From Tubulanus polymorphus (lineage: Eukaryota; Animalia; Nemertea), in assembly GCF_964204645.1 (NCBI RefSeq), contig NC_134035.1:10572451-10636450 (forward strand): a stretch of 64,000 nucleotides of DNA, read 5' to 3'. The notes beneath the pieces are model-generated. The model had not been told where the DNA came from, made no database searches, and worked only from the letters and a program-made list of their open reading frames with translations. The position numbers and the translations under genes are program-made. Shown one piece after another: positions 38,453 to 48,849 of this stretch (position 1 is the first letter of the stretch; every line of letters starts with the position of its first letter).

Positions 38453-41400
38453 AAGCATATCAAATCTTCTCGATAATGTTGATCTTGCGCTGAATGTTTT
38501 TATGAAATAAATTACACGCTATTTTGTTGACGAGCTTGCGTATGCTTCGGAGAAGAGAGAGTCGAATTGCTAGTCGAGCATTCATCTTTAAAGTTCATGT
38601 AACCTAACGCTATCATAACCGTTGTAATTGCTTTGAACGCTGGGTAAGAAACGGTGAGCGTGTGATGGCGGTACATCGAATCGTCAATCCCACGTTAGGA
38701 CATGAACAGAACCTCGTGTAAAATTTGAAAACGAACCAAATCTTCCCATGCGAATTAAATCGAAAAAAACTGCGATTATTAAAGAAAAACCATATGATGG
38801 ATATTACTTTTCAATAGGAATGATCGGGTGACTGGATTTAAATTTGTTGACACAAATATTTTTGGTATTCTTCGATTCGAATTTGCAACTAAAATGATAC
38901 GGCTCTTTCGCTCAACTTATTTAGAGTTAATATCAATGCGTAGAGCTACGCGTTCTCCATTCGCGTCTATTGAAGTCGGATTTAGAAATACGATTTCAAT
39001 TGCTTTAATAGTTAGATTGACAAGTTTGGGTTTTTTCAATTCATTTCGAATGAAAGCCAAATCCCTGTGCTTGTCGGCGACTGATGAAAACGACGAAACT
39101 AAATCTTTATCGTTCGTTGAAAAAAAAATGCGTTCGTCGATGTAACCGTTTGAAGGAACGCGTCACACGCTTTTCCGATCGGATTACTAACGACGGAAAC
39201 CTGGCCAGATTTTTAAAGTAAATGCGGAAAAAAAGAAAAATAAAGACTAGGTTTCATATCTATAAACCTCCGACTCGTGGATTAAGATTTGAATATTCAT
39301 GATGAAAGTAGGGCGCTAAATTTATTTTCTTAATAGCAATCCCTCAAAAATATTATCATTATCATTAAAAAGATATTGAAACTGCTTTGATTCGTATAAA
39401 CTTATCACGATTGCTCTGTCAACCCTCTCAATAAAGGTTTCAGTCCACATTAGGTACGCGTCGCAGTGGCTGTGTGGATTAAGGTCTCTGGGTGGGTTCG
39501 AATCCTGGTGGCGAAGGAGTTTCTAGGTCGTAGGTTCTACAGTGGGTCAAAACGAAAAGTCGAACCTGCGTGGCGCTTGTTGGATTGAGGGTACACCAGA
39601 ACGTGGTACTTTTATATTGGAAAAGAGTTATAACATTTTTATTCTCTGTTATTCTTTCCATCTTTCGAAATGATATTATTCTCTATGTACTGTTTCTGCC
39701 TTATGCAAAATAACCTTTTGTGAGCGATAGAATATGAATGCACGAATGAGTGAATAGGGACGATACATCGGATTTCCATGCTTTGAGAACTGGCCTCCAT
39801 ATTAGAAATAATATACTCGTAAAATCAGATCGATTTGTGAAATCTCCTACTCAAAATAGAGGGTCAAGTGTTAGACTGCTGAGCGGCAATTCGTCTGTGA
39901 ATTTCAAAAGCGAATCAATGAAATTGGCTAATGAGACCGTTTAAACACTGATAGCCTGATATTCGAGTTAATTCGCTCCTTATATTGCGATAGTCAAATA
40001 AGTTGGTCGAATGGCGTGCAACGGAAAACACGCGCAAAATCGGGATCATATTCTATACCATTTTAAATTTTTAACAAACTTTCCAGATTTTATTCGATAT
40101 CTTTTTTTTTGGGGGGGGGGACGAGCTAGATACTTCCTGCTTGACTTCTCAAGTTTAAAAAAAACGGTACGACGACTCCGACCTAAAACGTGTGGGAAGT
40201 AAAGAACACGACAACGCCTCCGGATTGCGGTTTAGAATTTCATCTTTTCTCTAAAACGCTTCCGAGTTATTATAATTTTGTTGATCAGGATCACTTTCAT
40301 TTAGACGAGACGAAATGTGAAACCTTCCCGTTTTTGAGATTAAGAAAACAAAATAAAGACAAAAAATCTAATTCAAAGATGATATTTTCCGCTTTAAAAA
40401 GTTCAATGCCAACTTCGTTTGTGTTTGGTTAAAACGAATGATGTCAGATTACAATTTAAAACGCGATTCTCACGTATAGAAATTGCTGCACTGAAAAACG
40501 TTGGAGAAGACGCGATAACATAAACATTGAAGATGCAAATAAAACCATCTTAAAACTTTCTGTCATCTGAATACTAATGTAAATAGCATTCAAAAACTTT
40601 GTCAGTGTAGTATTGATACATTTGATCTTAACTTAGCATTTGTGAAAACATACTCAATATCTGAAGGTCATTTATAGCAAATGTAATCCCGAAATGTATC
40701 TGCAACTTACTTTTATATGTGATGCATGTAAATATTGACCGTTCAAAAGTATATTGAATATTATATGATCACTTTTTTCTCATTCCGCGTAAAAGTAAAT
40801 TTTGGAGCAGTCCTAATCTTATTGCAATTTCTAGATTCTGCTCGAGTCATTCCGTTTCATTAGAGTAACGTGTAATAAGGAATAAGTACTATTTGAAAGG
40901 GATTTGAATCTATTTTGAATTACAATCGGCGCGCATTAGATCTGCTTTCAGAAACTACCGTTACGCAAATCTATTCACACGCGGCGCGTCTTTTCAAAAA
41001 CCCCCAGCGCTTTGTTTGTGTCATAAACCCGACGCGGGAGCTTAGATCAAACAGCACGAAAGCGCTAAAACACGGATATTCGGATTGGCTAAAACACCCG
41101 TCGTCAAAGAGCGAGCGCTGATTGATTGATATTTAAACGGATTATCGAAACGAAACGAAAACACGCTCAAGAAAAAGAAACATTCGACTTAAAAACGCAT
41201 TCGCATAAATACAGTTGTGTCTGACGAACGCACGTTCCCCTGAGATCTGCAGCATTTTCTTTTCTGATATAATAGTTGCTATTTTGTCAGGCTACCGCGG
41301 CTATCTCTACTCCGAACAGAATAATGACCCTCGCATTATGAGTCTCCGCAGTCGGACGGCTTTTAGCCCCGATACACAGCGCATATTTACCCAATGATAG

Positions 41401-43023
41401 ACTATTCATTTCGCGGTGTATAAACCGTCGACTTTCGCCCCGCGCCAACCGAAATCGAGATTTATATACCGATAAAAAAACTATTTTTCAAATAAATTAT
41501 TTTAAAAGTTCAACTTTTCAAAGCATTTGGAATAGGAAAATATGCGATTTTCAAGAATGGATAGCAAAAAAGAAGAAGAATAGTGATAGTTTTGAACAAT
41601 AGATATAAACAAATAATAAATTCAGCGAAAATATAATTTTACGTGCAAATTATAGAATTGAATTAGAATCGAGAATTATTAGTCAGAGCATCACAATGAA
41701 CGGTCGGGACGATGTCGGTGATAAACTTTGAACATTATCAAATTAAATCAGCAAAATAATTCCATCAAAGAACAAAACGTAAACTCTAAGTAAATCCTAC
41801 GACTTTCGTGATCCTCAAAATTCAAAAATTCAGAAATGATTTAGAACGCACGCAATAGAAATTCTACCGTTGATTTTTCTACGAATAATTAAAATCTGTT
41901 TAGCCCAGTTGCAAATATGAATGAATAAAAGTCGCTCTTACCTGATGAACACCTGTAATTCGATATCCGATCAGTAATTGTCTCGGTGCGTCGCTACTAC
42001 ACAAGGCCACGTTACGGAGACTGACACTTTCCTTCACTCACTGACTTAAACTAAGAACTGAATGCGGCTATCAGCGGTCCCGCCTTGTCATGATTGAGTG
42101 AATGACGACAAACGTTAGTTGCAATCTGAAGTCGGTGGTAGAGTTCTTCAATCCGTTCCAACGTCCGGGTTACTTCAAAAACACTTCACGCTTGCGACCT
42201 GCAGAAGCTCTATCTACCTCTCTCTCTCTCTCTCTTGAGGGTGAAGAGGAAATCTGTAAATTGATTAACGATTTAATTAATAATTACGATGACGAAACGA
42301 TCCTTATACGCGTGCGTTCAACAATCACCCGCCGATTACGATATCGAAATTAAACCTACTGGAAATCGCGTAATTTCGCGCGTGATAAGTATTCAAGTTT
42401 TCAACGAAAAGTTTGAATTCTGAACGGTTCGTTCGAGCGGGATGCGGCAGCTTAGAATTATGTTACTACGGTAACTATTAGAAGCGCGCCGAATGCGATA
42501 CCTCAACTCTCGATAGAAAATACGTCTCTTGTAGCCGCGATAATAAATCTATTCGTTGCTACTCTCACTCTCTTTCTCTCTGTCTCTCTCCCACTCGTTT
42601 CGAATTAACGATGATGAAATACGGCACGAATTAATAACCGATAATTTCGTGCGAAGTGTTTGATAATCTACCGACTCGAGTGTTTGACCTGCGTCAGTTT
42701 CAGCGACGGTTTGTTGTCTGTCCTCGCCCGCATCACGTTGAGCTCTCGTCGGCGGACGTGATTTCGCGTGGTCGGCCGAGGATTGCAACATCGGTCGAGT
42801 GTTCCTGAAGCATGTGTACGTACGCGGACAATCGTCGTTGTTGTCAATGGCGTGTTCATAATCGAGGTCCGTGATTCCTTATTGTACGATACTTATCATG
42901 CGCCACACGAACCCAAGGCAAAGAGGCTCGTTCGCAACGACGTTCAATCTGTTTCTTATTGGCATATATTCTTTGTTCTTTCGAATTCCGTCAAAGACTA
43001 TCCCGTAGATATATACATGCTAG

Positions 43024-43204
43024 TTTCCATAGACAAGTGGCTGTCCAATATCAATAGTAGACAAAAACCCACAATAAAAAGAAAAACTATCTGGTAGCTT
43101 TAACGTTTCAACTCAATTCTATGAGTTTTTGAAAATGGCTCATAGAATTGAGTTGAAACGTTAAGCTACCAGTTTTTCTTTTTATTGTGGGTTTTTGTCT
43201 ACTA
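43024..43204. mobile_element. Fold-back retro-insertion (probable Penelope-like pLTR remnant) with a 13-bp target-site duplication
   Basis: ATATACATGCTAG flanks both sides (43011-43023 and 43205-43217). 43055-43204 is an inverted repeat with ~68-bp arms and contains a decayed hammerhead-like core TTGAAAA-T-GGCTCA-tagaat-TGAGTT-GAAACGTT. Confidence 0.7.
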
Positions 43205-44431
43205 ATATACATGCTAGATAAGATATGACCAAACATAACATCCCTCTACAGGAAATCAGGTATAATTTGAATCGCCTTGGACAACGATAATTGCTATGTT
43301 ACGACCGCGCCTGCGATTGAGGTGGCTTCTGATTGCGAAAATTGGTTATTCAGTCAGACAATGCATCCTCTAATGAACTACAAAAGAAGTCGCTAAGCGG
43401 TGATATTGTAAAGGTAATCACCGAAATCAGACGTCTACATTACGCGAAATGTTTTGACAACGTAAAACACTTCGTTAAGCGGAACGCACACGACGCATGG
43501 AAACAGGAACAATGGAAACACGGAAACAAACATGATTTCGAATCTTGGAAACATTAGTTTCGCGTTTCTTGTATAAACGCACACGACACAGGGAAACGCT
43601 ACGTTTTCCTTTTCCGTGTTTTCTGCATCGTGTGCGATCGGCTTAAAGCGTACATTGCGAATGAAATTCGAGCAGACTATCTGGCAGAACAGCATCATTT
43701 GAGGCCCCATGATTGCCCTAGGATGATGGATTTCATTTTTGTCCATTCTGCATGGCCTATTCATATATCGTCCCAACACGATTTTGATAAACATCATATC
43801 GTTGCAAAAAATATGAATGAACGTGTTTTGGAAGTGGTTTCTAGTGACTTTGTACTGTGGGTAGTTCGGGCAGATGAAATGGTTTGCGTAGATGTAAGCA
43901 ATTAGTAGCTGACATGGTTTTACTTTCGAACGCAATCAAACTATTACGGCGGTTGGTTTAGAGCTTTTAGAATGTATGCTGATGATGACAAGCACACGGA
44001 AAATGAACGTCGTCAACTGAGTCGTATTTATAAGCGTTTAATGGATAACATACCGATAGTCGTGTTATGAACAAAATCCGAAAATTAAGCTCTGAAATTT
44101 GAGAGGCTGCTGCGAAATGGTTTCGTTTTCCATACATACAAGTTTAGATACCTTTTTGGAAGTATAGCTGTATTCACGCAATTTTGCGTGGATTTTTATA
44201 TGCGTCTATTAGCTTTCGAAAAGGTTTAAGAAACACCCCATGTCGTGAACTAATCCACCGTAAATCCCGGGAAAGCGATGTATTTCATTTCCCCGTTTCG
44301 ATCGAAGCCGCACTCAATTCGCGGCTTCGATTTCTCGGCTTTTAGTTTCGTAAACGCGAGAAATCCCACAATAAATGCAGCCAAAAATGCATAGTTCTTG
44401 AATAGAAATGTATTTATATATGTATATTTGA

Positions 44432-44473
44432 GCGACGTTTCAGCTAACAACTATTAGCCATCATCAGGCGTAC
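44432..44473 (-). ncRNA. Minimal type-I hammerhead-ribozyme-like motif (Penelope-like-element type)
   Basis: Minus strand: gtacgc-CTGATGA-t-GGCTAA-tagttg-TTAGCT-GAAA-C-GTC-gc. Both catalytic boxes are intact, stem II has 6 bp, stem III is the minimal palindromic ACGT with a GUC triplet, but stem I has only ~2 bp. Confidence 0.5.
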
Positions 44474-44714
44474 TGATTTTCGTTTAGTGTAATGTATATA
44501 AGTTATACGGATAAGAAACACGTCAGACGCGCGGTGCAGTTATTGCCTTGTTCGAGGAAGCCGTTGCTCGGTTAATTGGCGATCAATGTTCGGTTAATTG
44601 CTACGGTAAACAGCCTCTGATGATTAAAGGCGACCGGTCATTACCCGACGTAAATCACAATATCGGTTTAAACACTTCATCAAACCGATTCGTCGATTAG
44701 CGGGTGCGTGATTC

Positions 44715-45145
44715 AGAGAGAGGGAGGGAGGGAGAGAGAGAGAGAGAGGGAGGGAGGGAGGGAGGGGAGGGGGGAGGGAGGAGGGAGGGAGGGAGGGAAG
44801 GAGGGAGGGAGGGAAGGAGGGAGGGAGGGAGGGAGGGAGAGAGGGAGGGAGGGTCAAATTTTTAAAAATTGGTTTAATATGATATTCTTTTCAAGTTCAA
44901 TTTTATATTTACGAAGTTCCCCCTCAACACCCATTGGTATATCTGATCGCGCTATCATCCTTCTAACAATTCTTGATGGGTTGAGGGAGGGAGGGAGGGA
45001 GGGAGGGAGGGAGGGAGAGTCAAATTTTTTTAAATTGGTTTAATATGATATTCTTTTCAAGTTCAATTTTATATTTACGAAGTTCCCCTCAACACCCATT
45101 AGTATATCTGATCGCGCTATCATCCTTCTAACAATTCTTGATGGG
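44715..45145. repeat. (GGGA)n purine tract plus a ~130-bp tandem duplication
   Basis: GGGA/GGAG repeats at 44715-44853 and 44983-45018, each followed by a near-identical block GTCAAATTTTT...TTCTTGATGGG (44853-44980 and 45019-45145). Confidence 0.95.
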
Positions 45146-46010
45146 CTTAAATTCTGCTGTAGCTCTCGTTTCAATTCTGGCCGAGTATCGACGTTGTGAA
45201 TTTCAGAGAAAGATGTCACTCTGGGGATCGCCTGGAAGCTGTCATTATCTCGGTATTTCAAATGCCGACTGTCGGCTATACCACGCCACAGGAATCCGGT
45301 AAACAGCGGCCTAAAATCTAATCTATTTCATTCAATTTAAGAGCGCGCAAAACGATTGTCTCGGAACGTTGGGTTGACGTTTCTATTTATTTATTAGAAA
45401 ATTCGGGTATCCGGAGATTATATGATTGAATGCGTTGCATTAAAGAACAGACAAGATGGAATAGCGACCTCAAACAGTGTCTATTGTTTGAACGTTTAAG
45501 ACATGTCAACTTCGATCAGAGAAGTAACCAACGTTGTTCAATGGCCTTTTCAGTAGTTCTCAGCGGGATATAGCGTGATGCTGTTTAATTCACTTGCTGA
45601 GTGACAAGCGGGTTCGAACCCTGACGTGCGAGGCCAACGCTTCAGCGGCCGTCCGTTCGTGAGGTCTGTGAACAATCCAGTAGGGTGAGTCTAAGGAAAC
45701 TAGGATCTGAACGAGGTTTTAAGGAATGGAATAAGAAAAGCTATATGAAAACGACTGGATCTAAAGCTGTTATTTGATAATTATTTTTATCATTTAGTTT
45801 CCAAATTAGTAGTTCGTGAAGAAACAATTTACTCGTCAAAATCATGGAAATAATTTCACTGAATGTACAGATATTCTAAAGAATCTAACATTCTTATGCA
45901 AATTTGTCCTAGTTTCATGATAAAGTAATACATATAGATGCCGCACAGTTCCCTTTATCCTGAATTAAAATTGTTGTTTCTGTTAAATCTGATTTGATTT
46001 CTATAACCAG

Positions 46011-46115
46011 GGCCCAGTTTCACAAAAGGGATTAAGGCCTAAATCGATTTAAGATGAACTGAATTAATTAAGAAATTAAATCGATTTAAGATTTAACCTT
46101 TTGTGGAACTGGGCC
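46011..46115. mobile_element. PIF/Harbinger-like MITE, third subfamily, CAG target-site duplication
   Basis: cag|GGCCCAGTTTCACAAAAGG ... CCTTTTGTGGAACTGGGCC|cag. Confidence 0.85.
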
Positions 46116-46864
46116 CAGGAGTAGAACACCTAGAACTCAGAAATGCACGTAAATACTATTGAAATACTAGATGATAATGGATTCTGTGGAGTGATCGTGA
46201 CTAGAGGCTTGTTTCACAGGTTGTGCTAGTCCGGGTAACCAAATGATAACGAAACTTCATTCATGTAATTAAGTAACAATATACATAGCTATACTAGTAC
46301 ATCGGAGAGAATGCTGTGTTACAGTCGTCTCTAAATACTTGATAAAGAAACTGCATGTAATATCTATATTTTCGTTTACGGTCGTTTGGAGTGTTTTTTC
46401 TACGATTTGTGCTTATGAAAAGATGAACCGATGCGAGAAGGTTTTTCGAGTTCAATCAAGCTGTTCAATGTACTTTCTATGAGGTAGGTTATGTGTATAG
46501 TTTGTGTATTCTATTGTATTCAAACACGATACAAATAAGTTCTTATATACATTTAACATCTATACAAGAGAAACTATCCGGTAAACCATTATTGAGTTGC
46601 TTACGGGGGTTAAAGACAAGAAAGAATGAAAACAAATAGCAGTTGAAGTTCGCAACTATTATTTGGCGTGATAATAGTATTCCCGAAGGTGGCCATCGAA
46701 AATAAATCTTTAACTAAAGGACACTACTTTGGGCTGGTTTTGCCGAGTGTGGGATTTGTATATCCTCACAACACGGAAAAAGTGTTTGATCAGTGGTTAT
46801 CATCAGGCGTGCGTCTGAACTCCATAAAGTTAAAAGAATACTAACACAAATGATTTAGATCGAA

Positions 46865-47812
46865 TTATTTATTACACAATCGTCCCAGGACCTCTTTGAC
46901 GTACAGTCGAACCTCGTCACCGGCCAGTAGATATATGTAAAAATTGATGCCGGCATTTGCCGCGTAGATGACGCCCGTGATGGCGGTGCCCGCTAAACTC
47001 GTGTCCTCGTTCATTACGATAATCGTCGTCAACATGCTGAACAACGACGCCGGGAACGTGAATATCACGAACAAAATAGAAACGGTTATCACCATCATCG
47101 TCGCTTTCTTCGTCGACGCGCTTTTGCCGGCTCCGGCGGCGAACGCCTGGCTCCGACGCAGAAATATCACCAGCAGGAAATTCAGAATCGATATTGTGAT
47201 AATGGGAATGATTACGTGAATTTGCGGGGCCATACGGTAGTAAACGTTACCCCAATATTCGGGGATGACGCACGAATTTCGCCGGTCGCTGTACTCCATC
47301 ACGAACAGTAGATAGACGTACGTGCAGTAGCACACGACGGTCGTGACGGCGACGACCTGGCGCGAGAAGGCTGGGGTCGCGATCGTCCTCGTCGCAAACG
47401 GCCAGACGACGATAGCGAAACGTTCGATCGTTATAACGACGACGACCCACGAACCGATCAGGTCGTTCACTTCGAATATGTACTCGTGAAATCCGCAGGC
47501 GATATCCGCCGAATAGGAGACGATCATGTTCGGATAGGAGATATAGTTCATCAACGGCGGTACGTAACCGATCAGCGTAACCGAATCAGCGACGGCTAGT
47601 CCGGCTAAATACTGCGAATACGAGAACACTCGAAATCGTCTGCTCGTCATCACCAGGAAACTGCACACGTTACCGAAAATACCAGTGCAGACGATCGTGG
47701 TCAGAGTGAATACCTGAAAGTATCTGATCGCGGCCGAACGTACGCGCCGGTTGTCGAGTATAATGGCCGAGTGCCAGGGCAATAGGTAACCATCACCGCT
47801 AACGTTATTCAT
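46865..47812 (-). CDS. Class A (rhodopsin-like) GPCR, FMRFamide-receptor/sex-peptide-receptor-like orphan clade, 315 aa, intronless CDS
   Basis: Seven hydrophobic segments; N-terminal N-glycosylation sequon NVS; TM1 GIFGN; TM2 YLAGLAVAD; TM3 Cys and ERF (DRY variant); ECL2 Cys; TM5 IIP; TM6 FVIFTFP; TM7 INFYIY (NPxxY variant). Confidence 0.93.
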   Translation of the reverse strand: MNNVSGDGYLLPWHSAIILDNRRVRSAAIRYFQVFTLTTIVCTGIFGNVCSFLVMTSRRFRVFSYSQYLAGLAVADSVTLIGYVPPLMNYISYPNMIVSYSADIACGFHEYIFEVNDLIGSWVVVVITIERFAIVVWPFATRTIATPAFSRQVVAVTTVVCYCTYVYLLFVMEYSDRRNSCVIPEYWGNVYYRMAPQIHVIIPIITISILNFLLVIFLRRSQAFAAGAGKSASTKKATMMVITVSILFVIFTFPASLFSMLTTIIVMNEDTSLAGTAITGVIYAANAGINFYIYLLAGDEVRLYVKEVLGRLCNK

Positions 47813-48849
47813 TATAACTATAAGTCTTTCGATAGAAATATCGAATAGAAGTCGGACTGGTGCCTAGTGAAATTGATCCAATCGTATTTATTTCCAGATT
47901 TCTTTTTCATACAAATGCAAAGATAGGATTCGAGAAGTTTTTGAGGTTACGTTTGAAACTTAATACGGCTCGAATTTCCAATTAGCGCGGTTGAAAATTG
48001 ATTTATAGCAGGAATACAAATCATTTTTGAAAATATGCGTAACTTTTGAGGATCAGATGACTCTCGCGTAAGGCACCAACGCTATGCAATATTCACGCTT
48101 CAAACCAAAGTTTATTTTCGCCAACTACGAAGCATAAATTAATATGTATCTTAATTTGTTTGAGGTTCCACGTTATTCGTCAGGGCTGAATTTTCAAAGC
48201 AGCGCTATCAATTAATCATGGAATTTGTCTTGGTTTAAAGATTCTAATTACTTATTTACTATATTTCACTGTTGTTGTTTTTACATGATATTGTTTTATT
48301 CATACAATGTGAGATATATATGTAACTTTTTGCTGTTACATTTGACGAAAATAGAAAGAAATATAGAATGTAAGAACAAGCCTGCGAGGATGGTACAAAG
48401 AAACCTGGTACTTGTGTATCAACCTCAAGAGTTACAAATGGTAAAAAAAAAAAACAAAAACAATTCACACTTTGAATTGGTACCGCTTCCTTTTTCAGTA
48501 TAGGCATAGCTTTCAACAACCTAAGTGGTTATGGATATAGAGACTTGTATGGATATCTTAAGAAATATAAGAATTATTTTTAGTTTGTAACAATGAATGC
48601 GTCTTTTTTAGTTTCATTTATTTGAGTTTCCAACGCTTTTGATTCGTGTTTTGTTTTACGCTGACCTCTCTTAAGAAAAAACGACTGGAACCTTACATGA
48701 AAACCGGTTTTAAGAACGGCATGTCCGCGTACAATCTATACGTCTCAAAGTTTACTTCGTTATCGGCTTTTTAATATAATAGTGACAGCGCAGGTGATTA
48801 TATCAGTACTAACGAGGTGGACTTCTTCATATACACTGTACGTATTAAC

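Noticed and set aside
42668-42859. 63-aa ATG ORF ending near a GT, as a possible first coding exon
   Set aside because: No recognisable motif and no compatible downstream coding exon found; elevenin already has its own ATG and signal peptide.
46865-47812. GPCR as the cognate elevenin receptor (ligand-receptor cluster)
   Set aside because: Its motifs (ERF, FTFP, NFYIY) place it with FMRFamide-receptor-like orphans. Nothing in the sequence ties it to characterised elevenin receptors, and 30-kb proximity alone is not evidence.
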